DNA from: Camelus ferus
Taxonomy: Eukaryota
Reading direction: 5' to 3'
DNA length: 64,000 bases
Assembly (NCBI RefSeq): GCF_009834535.1
Contig: NC_045698.1
Span: forward strand, 1,180,001-1,244,000
A program made the translations under genes and the position numbers. Shown here piece after piece: positions 12,403-23,479 of the stretch. The first letter of the stretch is position 1, and each line of letters starts with the position of its first letter. The notes below the pieces were generated by a model, which was given only the letters and a program-made list of their open reading frames with translations, was not told the DNA's origin and did no database searches.

Positions 12403-14359
12403 GAACCGAGTGGTCTGTCCCAGCTCCAGAAGGACCTGAGGCTGAAGAGGGGCCGCCCCAGCCCTTGTGCTTGAGGGGGACTCAGCCGTGGACAGAGCTG
12501 CCCACCCTGGCCACCGAGCACTGTGTGTGTGTCTCACCCTCTCCTGGATGACCTCTCTCACTGTTTCCCATTGGGTATTGTGGATTTCCTAGGGGACAAT
12601 CCTATCTCTTTATATAATGAGTTTCCACTCTGCTTTTCCAATATTTTATCTCTTGTTGGCTCTCTGTCTGCTTCTCATTTTTTGGCGGGGCTGTTGGAAG
12701 AGCAGATAACTTACATCCTCCTGGGACCTGTAGCCACGAACGGGGCGGGGGGGGGTGGGGGGAGTGAGAATGTTTATTAATGACCGCACAACCTTTTAAA
12801 AGCCCATTCTCCAGTGTGGTTTCTGGAACCCAGATAAACTTTTTGAGTCTGAAGCTGGAGGAAACTCACACAGCTCTTCAGAGCTGCAGGGTCTTGGAGA
12901 AACAAGCGATTTCCTAACATTAAGGAAATGTTCTGTGTGCTTTGAACGTGGGTTCTCATCATCGCAGTAGTGACGGGAAGCCGTGTTCTCGCTGCCGACC
13001 CCCACACGCAGGACCCGCAGGGGTGCTTGGACACTGCGTTGTATTAAACGTCCGTGGGGGACCGAGCCTGCCCAGTCTCACCAAACGGGTGCTGACTCCA
13101 CTGTAAACTAACAGGAAGTGTTTAAGGCGGTGTGAGCTGAAAGTCAGTCACGCTGCTAAAACCCCGTGTCAGGCCGAAGGTGTCCACTGTCTCCTAGAAC
13201 AGCCTTGAATGGCCTTGGGAAGGCTGAGCCCTCCTTCTACTCGTTTCTTGCACATCTTCCCACTGGGGCGCTGTCCTTGGTGGCCCCCAGGCCGTTCCCC
13301 CGCCCCGCCTGGCAGGTGCTGGACGCTGGGAGAGGAGCAGGTGGACGGTAGGAAGTGTGGTCTCCCACAATGGGAGCCGTCACCGCAGTCCCCAAGGAGG
13401 CAGGACAGTCCACTCTCCACTCCCCCAGTTCCCTTAGCTTGGCGTTCACATCTTTTGAGGCTTTGACCTGAAACCATTGTCCAGCTTCCTTGGACTGGCC
13501 CCACCTCGGCCACCCTGTGCTGAGGGGTCCATGGGAAGAGAGGGCCCGTTGGTGAACAGACAGCACTACAGCCGTCGAGTGAGCAGTTTTTGCACACACG
13601 TGTGCACACACACTGTAAGTCAGCGCTTCAGCCCGGGAGGGGAGCAGGTGAGCGGTCACCCCCAGGCACAGGTGGGGAAACCTGGCCGGCTCGTTCAAGA
13701 TGACTTAGCTGGGAGCAGGACCTTGTCCCTGGAGCCCAGGTGGCTGCAAGTCCTTCAAGGACAGGCTCCTCCTTGTCAGTCTGTCCCACAGTAACCCCAC
13801 TGCACAAGCAGGTGAGGGGCGTGGAGGCACTCAGGGATGGGTGGCCCCTTGAAGCCTCCTGGTTCCTCTGCACACGTGCCCAGGACCCTTGCAAAAGCCC
13901 TGCTAGGCTTGGAGGGCCAGGCAGCATTCAAGGGTCCCCATCACTGGGCATGAGTTGCATTCTTTTTGAAAATAAATGACACCCAATTCACACGTGCAGG
14001 TGGCGTGTCCTGTGGGCAAGTTGTTCCAACCTCGTTGTGCTGGGTAGCACAGTCCTTTGGCCTTGGAGGGGGGAGGACTCGGAGGCAGCTGCTGTGAGCG
14101 TCCCACACGTTCTGGGTCACCCTTTGGCCTGACCATCTGTCTTCTGGAGAGGCCATCTGTGCGGGCCACCGCGTGCGGGAGACACACCGCAGGGCCGGTC
14201 TCCGCCGGGGGGGGGGGGGGGGACGGAGGGACACATGGACCAGAGCTGGAGCACGTTCGGGCTGGCTGACCTCGGAGGAAGTGGGGAAGCTTGTTTGATT
14301 TTCAGGGGAAAGGAATTCCACAGGGGAAGGAGTCGGGACTTCGGTAGTCGGCAATATCA

Positions 14360-14680
14360 GCTCTAAAAATGCAATTTCCGGATTAATAACAAAGGCTGTT
14401 CTCGCCCGCTCGCTCCTGCACGGCGCGCTCCGACCACAGAGCATATTGTGCCCCGCGGCCCCGGCGCAGGCACGGCTTCGCCGTCCTCCCCGCGTACCGG
14501 GCCCCCTGGAAATGAGAAACGCACCTCGGCCGGCCGGCCGCGGTTAAATATTAAAGCTTGTAACTGCAATATTTGTGCGACTGCGTATTGCATTACGGTG
14601 GAGAAGAACTCACAGGAAAGATTGTTCTTTTCTGAAACCTCCAATATCCAAGCCACTGTGACCTATTTTGTCCTGCTCAG
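14360..14680. promoter_or_regulatory. Candidate conserved non-coding element / enhancer
   Basis: Non-repeat blocks rich in AT with SOX-like (AACAAAG, ATTGT), homeodomain (GGATTAAT, TATTAA) and nuclear-receptor half-site (TGACCT) motifs, interleaved with CpG-rich linkers. Conservation not tested. Confidence 0.3.
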
Positions 14681-17649
14681 AGGGTGTTGGCATCAAGGAC
14701 CCGTTTAGACATAGAACAAAATGTCTCGACCACCCGCGTGCACACATACGCAACACGTACGTATGTCTGTCATGCACGTACGTCTGTTGACACACAGACG
14801 CATGTACACCTGGGTGTGTGTTTTTACACATGCTCCAAAGTGCCGATTAACGTGCTAAATACCATGTGTGATTTTAGACTGCTTCCCCATCAGGCTGCTT
14901 CAGGAAGGGGAGCAGGTGGGCCTCCATTTAAAACAGACTCATCCGTTCCCTGGTCAAGAAGTTCTTCTTTAGGAAGAACTCAAACGCCAAAGGGAAAGGC
15001 TAGAGTCAGCGAAGGTGCGCGACACGCCGTGTGCTGCTCCAGCTCACCCACCGGCCCTGGGGTGGAAAAGAAGGAAACGTTATATGTTAAGGGTTAAAAA
15101 TTAGACACAGCAAGCAAACTGAGAGCGAAGGAAAGAGGGACCAGGACGTCAGGGGGACGGTAATATAGCCTGTAGTTTACACGGAAGGATTCTTGGAATC
15201 TCGAAACAAAGACTAACATTCAAACCGCTAAAATGGCTCTAGTACTGAGCGGACAAACGAGCCTCTAGTTCTAAAACAGGACAAAATACGTGAAGTGCTC
15301 ATCGTGACCACTGTCTGTTAGCAGAACGAACAGGGTGGGCACACGGTCCGCACCTCCCCTGGCTCCCAGCCGGGTCTAGCTCATGGATTCATAAACACCA
15401 CTTGTTTTGAGAATGACTATATTGTGAATTAAACCTAAGTCTCTTGACGGGAAACACTACAGACTCGGAGTTTCATGGTGACCTGAAGCAAACCCCCCAA
15501 AACGCTGCAGCGCACAGGTCATCGTGCTCGGACCCTGCCTCCGCCGGCCTGACGCTCGGGGCGGGGCTGTGCCGTCTGGGCAGGGCCACTCGTCCGTGGA
15601 GGCCACAGCGGGTGTCTGTGAGGGCCCAGGGGAGAGAAGGTCCGGGTGACTTCCCAGCGCCATGGCTGGGGCCTGCCCACCTCTCCCAGGGGAAGGGTGC
15701 GCCATTTCTGTCCAAGAATCATGCGGACCTAGATCCCAGCTCTGTCTTGCTGTCAGACTGTGTCCTGTAAGCTTCAACTGCAGGATGTCCAAATCCAGGG
15801 ACAGTCCTGCAGTCGTGGTTCTGGTCACAGGTGATGGTCCTGAGAGGTCGCGGGCAGTGGATGATGGCTGAGAGTGAAGGTCAGAGGCCAGTGCCGAGGG
15901 CAATAATGTGGGTGACGATTGTCGGTGAAGGTCATGGTTGATGGTCATAGCACCTATGGCAAAGGTCATGAGGACGCCTTCGGGGAAAAGCGTGCTGTGC
16001 GGGGATGCGGCGCCGTCGTCTGGCTCATGGGTGGACCTTGGTTCCGTCCAGGAGCAGCTTGCTTGTACAGCATCTCAGACTGAATTGTGAGGGGGCACGT
16101 GTGAGGCGGGGGCCTGAAGGGGCCCGTGTGCAGCTGAGGCATGAGTGAGCCTGACCCCAAAGAAGAAAGATGGACAGTTCGAGCAACAGTGAGTCAAATC
16201 CAGAAAAACGTGTGGGTGTGGCTGTGAACGTTTGCTGCTGTTCTTCTGTGGTTTCTGTGCAGAAATTCAGGGGGACAGACTGGGAGGTGGGTCCTGGTAG
16301 GACATTCAGGGAAATACAGCCCGCGGTCACCACTGAGCCTGAAGCAGAGCGAGCGTCCACATCTAAATGGGGCGGGGTGACCCTCAGAAGCGATCAGAGG
16401 CAGTCTGGCTGGTGTCCCCCGTGGAGGGCGGCTTCTCCGGAGGGGACGCGAGGAGGCTGGGCCTGCCTCTGCTTTTCCCAGCGGGCAGGCAGCTCAATGG
16501 AGAAACTCATGCTGTTAAAACCAGCTCCCCAGGAAGGATGGAGATACAGCCAGTGTCCTTGACTGTGGGTCCGTCTGGATGTGTGAGTCCTGACCGCGTG
16601 TCCTTTGTAAACACCCCGTCTGGCGGCTACTTTCAGGTCTCCTTGAAGTCACCTGTCACACCGGCACACACAGAGGTGGCTCTGTCCCTGGTCCCCTCCC
16701 GTACAGACCTTACAGCTGGCCACCGGTTCTTCAGAGACAGTATTGTGAAGTCATGTATTCACATTTTAATAGTTTGAGGTATCTTGGCGATGGATTGAAT
16801 CACAGGATAAAATAGAAGTGCATTTTCTGTTTTCTGAAACGTATTCGGTCTGTATTTTCCTATCCGAATTCTGGGACCCTGTAAAGTTTTAACATAAAGT
16901 GAGGACTTCTTGAATATGACCGTGTACAGGTGTTTCCCTCATACCCTGCAGCCTGTCCCTTCACAGCCTTCCACGGCAGCAACGCAGAGAAGGCGGTTTT
17001 GCTGAAAATCTCCAGACGAACTCACCCTCGTGCTGAGGTCATGATGGGAGACACCCGCCTCCAGCTGATGCTGCGGGAAGGGAGGTAGCGCCGAGAGGCA
17101 AGCAAGGCTCCGATGCGTGCGGCTCTGGTCCTGCATCCATGCGGTCGCGCCGGCAGGTGCACCAGCTATTTCACAGCTGGTGTGTTTGCTGCTGACTTGA
17201 AACCCAAGCAGATGGATGCGTGAAAGCAAGCAAAGAACTTCAAAAGGATTTTACAAAATGATGTGTGTGAATCTGGGGATGAAATCTGCTGGACTGAAAC
17301 CCAGACGCATTCTACAAGCTTGTGGGCCAGAAAGTGAACTTCAGAAGAGCAGAAACAAACCAAACGTGTGAAGAGCAGAAAAGGCATTTCTTTAAAGCGC
17401 TACGCCTAAGCCACACAGTGTTCACTCCGGGGGTCATTTCGCTCATGGAGATGGTGCTGCGAGGGGCCCCAGGCGCCAGCGCTGGTGCTGGCCCCGGCGG
17501 GTATTTCTGCCTCCGCACGTGCTCACATGCGGGCTGTGAGCCCGTCTCGCACGGGTGGGGAGCAGGGACCACGACGAGTGCTGGCTGTCTCTTGTGCTTG
17601 TTGTAATGAGGAAAAAGGAGCAGATTTGGTCTAATGACTGACAACTGGG

Positions 17650-17900
17650 GCTGACACCAAGCAGGTCCCTGTGCGGCCTCCTGGGGCCAGACCCCACATC
17701 TGAGCCCTTGTCTGTAGGAAGCTTTAGTCTCTGAGGCCTTCCCTGGGTTCCAAGGAGCAAATTTAATCAGAGAAGTGAGAAAATACAGAGAGAAAGGAAA
17801 ACAGTCAAACAAGGCAAAATAACCATAGTTCAGCCACTAAGCAAAGTCGAGGGCCTTCAGCTCCTCCTCAAGGGCTGTGGGTAATGCTCTGAGCCTCGTC
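17650..17900 (+). mobile_element. ERV1-type LTR fragment (cetartiodactyl-like)
   Basis: 'tgacaccaag...gccttccctgggttccaaggagcaaatttaatcagagaagtgagaaaatacagagagaaaggaaaacagtcaa' resembles LTR starts I recall from artiodactyl genomes. Family and end point uncertain. Confidence 0.55.
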
Positions 17901-19009
17901 CTTCGAGCTGTTCTGCAGAGGCCAAAACCTCTACCTGGTGGAAGAAGATAACACGTGCTGCCCCCCAGCTCTGCACCTGCCTCTGTGGGCATCCCCACCA
18001 TCCCGGGGACAGCGGAGGACACTGCTCGCCCATGCTGGACGCAGGCAGTGGTGTGGCAAGTTCAAGGCGTTCAAGACGAGTGCACTTGCCAGGGGCCCTC
18101 ACTGCGGCCGAACGACTGGCCCTCACCCCCTCGGAAGCTGACTCATGTCACGGCGGCGTCTGCTGGGTACAGTGCCTTGACCGCTATCGCGCTTTCTCCC
18201 CGCAGCCTTTGTGGGGAGAACACTGCAGGATTCATCCGGAGTTGGGTTTGTGACTCGGGCTGCTGTCGGGGAAAGTGAAAGCCAGTAGCTTTCCATGGTG
18301 TAAGTATTCTGTGATTTCAAATCACCTTGGAAAGCCTCTTCCACTCTGTGGGGGAAGGACTACGCGCATGAGCTAGCGTGGAGACAGCGCCCTGCTTCTG
18401 TTGAACCATTTGCCTGTAGCTCTCTTGTGTACAGAGCATTTCAAGAAAACTAGGGGTAAGTCCTATTCTTAAGGTCAAAACTGCAACAGCAGATGTTGTT
18501 TTCCTCCTCCGGGGCCATCCTGAGACTAGTTAAAGATGCTCTGCCCCAGCGTGTTCCACACTGTCCCCAGTCCCTGCGCAGGTCCTCCGACTCCGAGCGG
18601 TGGGCAGTGGGACTGCTGCAGGGCTGGACGGGCAGCCTTGTCCAGCTTCCCGGGCCTTCTGCTAGTGCTTGCTCTGAACGGGATGCTGCCCGTGCTGGGG
18701 GTGCAGATGCCTTCATGTTCCCAGAACCGATGGTCTACACGGGGGATGACGGTGGCCAGGTCCTTGATGTGAAAACCCATCTGCCTAAGTAGGACAAAAT
18801 AAGCCCTTTGTGGCTTTCTCTGCCACCATGGAACGCATCAAAGTCACAGCTTCCCCACGCTCACAGGCTGCTGTGTGTGAACCGTTGCACCGGCATCCAT
18901 CACGCACTTTGATGGCCCGCCATGTGGGGCCTGCTTCAGCATCTCTGGAGAGAGGGGGTGGGGACCATGGATTCTGGGACAAGGTCCTGGTGACAGCCAC
19001 ATCATGTCT

Positions 19010-19436
19010 CCGATGGCCCATTTATGTGTTCACGTGGCTGGGCCACGGTGCCCAGATCTTGGGTCAAGCATTTTTCTGGATGTTTCTGTGAAGTTGGTTT
19101 TTGGGTGAGGTTAACATTTAAATTGGTGGACGGAGTGAGCAGGTTGCCCTCTCTGATGTGGGTGGGTCTCGTCCAATCAGCTGAAGAGCTGGATAGAAGT
19201 GAGAAGGGGTTTGTTGGCTGACCTCCCCTGAGCAGGAGGGACCTGTCAGCAGAGGGCTGTGGACTCAACTTGCAGCTCTTCCACGAGCCTCCAGCCTGCT
19301 GGCCTCTCCAGCAGGCTTCGGGGCCTCTGAGTCTCCATAATTGTGCGAGCCATTCTTTAAAATAAATCTCTTCCTCTCTCTATACACACGTATGTTCACA
19401 TCCTGTTGGTTTGTCTGGAGAACCTTCACTAATACC
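19010..19436 (+). mobile_element. ERVL solo LTR, MLT2 (C/D-like)
   Basis: Starts '..gatggcccatttatgtgttcacgtggctgggccacggtgcccagatc'; has 'gttgccctctctgatgtgggtgggtctcgtccaatcagctgaag' and 'aaaataaatctc'; ends 'ctggagaaccttcactaatac'. Confidence 0.92.
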
Positions 19437-19599
19437 CAACCTTATTCATAAACATCATAATCTCTCTTGAAAAGAGTTGGGTAATTGGCCCCGGACCACA
19501 CAGCCAGTGAAGGACCTGGACCCTGTCACATCTGTCTGTCTGGCTTTAAACTCACCACCTGGCAGCAGAGGTGGAACGGAGCAGACCGTGTTCTGAGCA

Positions 19600-19778
19600 C
19601 CGTGCCCGGCAATCCCCTGTGTGATCCTCATGAGGCTCCTTGGAGGGGCTGCCCTCATCACTCCAGCTTACAGATGAGGAGACAGAGGCACAGAAAGGTT
19701 ACATAACCTGCCTAAGGTCACACAGCTAGTTAGCAGCAGAGCTCAGATTTGAATCCAAGCCATCTACCCCCAGAGCCC
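19600..19778 (-). mobile_element. MIR SINE
   Basis: Core 'ttacagatgaggagacagaggcacagaaaggttacataacctgcctaaggtcacacagctagt...gatttgaatccaag', the antisense MIR core. Confidence 0.92.
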
Positions 19779-20843
19779 CGCCTGCTCCTACCTCTACACG
19801 CCGGCATCCTCTGCAGTCTCCCTCTCTCCATGGGGAGACACGCAGTAAAATCAGTGGATTTTGTAATATTGTAGGGGGCACTGCCTGCCTGTGTGGTTGT
19901 GGCGGTCCTGTGTCCTCTCAGAAGTGCCTGGTCCTCTGTGGGCTGTTCCTACGTGTTACAGAGGGAACTCAGACACGAGCCCCACGAGGGCGGCTGCTGA
20001 ACAAGCCCTCACACACGTGTCTTCACGGGGACAGACAGGTGGGCGTCTCTGCCGCTGTGGGGGCTGGCTCTCTCCTGAGCGGTGACCAGGTAGGCAGGTG
20101 GCTGGGGGCCTGTTTCTCCTGGCAGGTGATTCTAAGCGAACTTTCTCCAATTTGAGCAATTATAAAATAATCTACCACAATTTCTGATTTGTAAAAGCAC
20201 TCGAGTTTACCCACCTCCCAAGAGGGAGAGTTTCGCTCAGACCCAAGTAACTGAATCCAGCTCCTGGCACCAGATTGGAGTCGTGTGTGACAAGGAAAAT
20301 GCACCAGACATGGCACGCTGGGTGCCCGGAACCCAGCCCTGGGTGCACGGGCCTTGCCCGCTGGAGCTTGGCTTCAAGAGAGGGAAGGACCAAAACTGCA
20401 AAAAACGACACGCCGAAGAGTGAAGGGGCGGCCTCGCTCCCTGTGTGGCAGAGGCTTGGGGGCGGGCAGCTGCGTCTTGGGGTGAAGGCGCGGGGTGGGT
20501 GCAGGTGCCTCGTGGGCCCCGCCGGCCCTGGTGGACCGCAGCAGCCATCCCACCTCCTCGGCACCCACAACCCCGCCCTTCGTCTCTGCACTCGAAAAGC
20601 AAATGGCATTTATAATCTTACTAAATCTAAAACAAAGCATATGCATTCCAGAAAATTTTCAAAATAGGGAGAAGTCTGGCATTACAGCTGTGTTTAATTG
20701 CAGCCTCCCTGCCCCCCGCCCCCCTCTGTGCGGGTGACATCGCGGACTGTCTTGGCCGCTGTTCCTGTCTACGGAGGTAGCAGAGGGCGTGGTGGCACCG
20801 CCGTGGGGCAGGGTCTCTGTCACACTCTGCGGGTTCACAGACT

Positions 20844-20861
20844 GGGCTGGGCTGGGCTGGG
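20844..20861 (+). repeat. (CTGGG)4 repeat, canonical G-quadruplex motif
   Basis: gggctgggctgggctggg read directly. Confidence 0.8.
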
Positions 20862-21499
20862 CACACCACTGCGATCTGGTTTTCAAGACACACGAGGTAC
20901 AGTTTCCCCGGGGTGTTGCCGGCGTCATAAGCACGACGCAACGTACATTATGCTGTGAGCCATTGTCACTAGTTACCAGCTTCCTCCAGTGATGAAATTG
21001 CAGTATTTAAAATGTTTCTACTGTTTGTGATACTTTTACGTGACGCTTGTCTTAGATTAATCTTGACCCACCTCATCAGGGTTTCACATCGGACTTCCCG
21101 GCACGTGAGTCTGGGTGTGTACGCAGGTGTCCAAGGACACCGGTTGCTCAGAGGACGCAAAATCCCTCTTTTCCCTGCCTCCCTCCCAGCCCGAGACCTC
21201 CCTTCCCTCCTTTTACGTGTTCACGTTTGATTCCTGAATCGCTGCGCGGGCTGTCTCCCTGATAAACAGGCTCAAGCCCCACCTAGAAGGGGGTCAGGAC
21301 CCTCCGTGCCCCTCCGGCAGCGCCGCCCCGTCCTGCGCAGCCGGCCCCCGCTGCGCTCCACGCCTGGTCCTCCGTGGACCTGCTTGTTCACGCCTCTCGT
21401 GCTGTGTTCTGCCGGCTCGTTTGCAGTCGGTCTTCCCCACGCCCTTAGGCCTTTCTCTGCAGTTGGGACTGTATTTTCCCTTTTACTGAAGTATTTATA

Positions 21500-21915
21500 A
21501 AATTTGTTATTGTTGAAGTATTTGTAATGTGGGGTTAGTTCCAGGTGCACAGCACAGTGGCTTGGTGTTTTTGGCGATTACACTCCATTGTAGGTTATCA
21601 CAGGACAGTGGGTATAATTCCCTGTGTGGCACAGTGTGTTCTTTTTTAAGCTTTTTTTTTTTTCTTTTGTAGGAGGGGATATTTGATTATCTTTTTAACG
21701 GCGGTGCTGGGGACTGAACCCAGGACCTCGTGCATGCTCGGCACACGCTCTCGCTCTGTGCTGTGCCTCCCCCCCCCCCCGAGTCCATTCTTGTCGCTTA
21801 TCGATTCCGTGTACACCGTGTGTGTATGTTAATCCCACTCCCCTAATTTAACTTGTGCCCCTCCCCCCTTTGGTAACCACTGGTTCGTTTTCTGTCTGTG
21901 AGTCTGTTTCTGTTT
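21500..21915 (-). mobile_element. Cetartiodactyl-type L1 3' UTR, interrupted by a SINE
   Basis: 'ttgaagta..gttagttccaggtgcacagcacagtg', 'taggttatcacaggacagtgggtataattccctgtg'. Resumes after the SINE with 'gtatgttaatccca...ctttggtaaccac...tctgtgagtctgtttctgtttt'. Confidence 0.85.
21652..21780 (-). mobile_element. tRNA(Ala)-derived SINE, camelid Vic-1-like
   Basis: Reverse complement reads ggggaggcacagcacagagcgagagcgtgtgccgagcatgcacgaggtcctgggttcagtccccagcaccgcc...A-tail, with a B-box-like GGTTCAGTCC and a decayed A box. Confidence 0.85.
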
Positions 21916-22745
21916 TACCCACATCCAAGCACAGAGGTTCTCGAAAAACTTCCTCACATGAGGGACTGACACCAAGTGCAGCCCCAGCTAAGACTGTCCC
22001 TCACCCACGTCGCCCGCGACTTCCGCCCCCTCAGGAGCACCGCTGGGCCCAGTGACTGCCGCGGACAGCAACCATATGTTTAAAAATTACTCCTTACCTG
22101 CTTTAAAGGTAAACACTTACTTGGAATTCCAGCGTATGCCCTCGGGAGCCTGGGACACGGCCTGCGGGCCGCCGGGTCTGTGTCCTGCGGCTTCAGAGAG
22201 CGGCTCGGCCGTTCTGTCTCCCGCGTGCAGACCCTCCACCTCTCTGGACGCAGAAACTCTCTGCTCTGCTTTGAGGCACAATCCCCAGCACCTTTGCCTG
22301 CAGCTCGCGCCCGGCGTCCGGGAGCTGAGCGTGCCGCCCCGCCGGGCTCCCGTCTCCGTGACCCTCCGTCTGCTCGCCTCGGCGCCGGCCCCGCCTGTCA
22401 GCCAGGCTGACCCGGGGGTGCTCGTCCCTAACGCCCCTCTGTGCCCCCCGCCCCCTCTGCGCTGTGGGCCGCTCCACAGAACAGGCCCCTTTAGAGGCCT
22501 CCTTGAGAGAATTTAGATTCTTTTTCCAATTTTCTTTTAAGTCCTAGCTGCTTGAAGCAGGTGAGCGGCAAGAACTTACTCAGCGTCTGCCCTTTAGCCC
22601 TGGTCTCGCGTCATCCAAATGCGCTGGTTTTGCCAGCGTCAGTGAAGACAACGAACTGTCATCCGAGCAACTGGAAGTATTTGTATAAGGACAGTGACCC
22701 CTTCACACAGGCGGCTGAGCTGTAGTTTAGACATTTTAAGTAACA

Positions 22746-23479
22746 TGCTTGCATTTTTTTGAATTAGAGTTCCCTCTGGATATATGCCCAGGAGTGGGAT
22801 TGCTGGATCACATGGTAAGTCTATTTTTAGTTTTTTGAGGAATCTCCATTCTGTTTTCCATAATGGCTGCACCAAACTGCGTTCCCACCAGCACTGTTTT
22901 CACAGCAGCACTGTTTTCAGCAGCCAAGACATAAAAGCAACATAAATGTCCATCGACAGATGACTGGATAAAGTTGTGGTGTATTTATACAATGGAGCAC
23001 TACTCAGCCATAAAAAATATAAAATAAAGCCATTTGCAGCAACATGGATGGACCTGGAAATTGTCATTCTAAGTGAAGTAAGCCAGAGAGAGGGAGAAAA
23101 CATGCCATATGGTATCACTCGTGTGGAATCTGAGAAAGAAAGAAACAAAGGAAGGAAGACAGTAATGAACTCACCCACAAAACAGAAACAGACGCGCAGA
23201 CGTAGTGAACAACCATGGTTACCGGGGAAAGGTGGTGGGAAGGGATGATTTGGGAGCTTGAGATTTGCAAATGTTAACCATTATGTATAAAAATAGATTA
23301 AAAAACAAATTTCTTCTGTATAACACAGGGAACTATATTCAACATCTTGTAATAACCTTAATGAAAAAGAATATGAAAACAAATCTATGTATGTATATAC
23401 ATGAATGACTGAGACAGGATGCTGGACACCAGAGACTGACACGTTGTAGACTGACTAGACTTCAATTAAAAAAAAAAAA
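22746..23479 (+). mobile_element. Young 5'-truncated L1 with 5' inversion (about 22746-22896 antisense, about 22895-23479 sense plus poly-A)
   Basis: The minus ORF gives [39 protein letters not shown]. The plus part continues with the next L1 sequence (cacagcagcactg...gccaagac; PFAATWMDLEIVILSEVSQ), the 3' UTR and an A-tail. Confidence 0.93.

Noticed and set aside
12403..12745. Possible LTR abutting the end of the large L1
   Set aside because: Could not match termini, TSD or a family from memory.
15780..15975. Ser/Thr-rich minus ORF (15457..15969) over GATGGT-like sequence
   Set aside because: Looks like a decayed (GAT/GGT)n low-complexity tract; no splice or homology support.
21690..21770. 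tRNA-Ala-like sequence
   Set aside because: Has a SINE tail and poly-A, a decayed A box and no intact cloverleaf.
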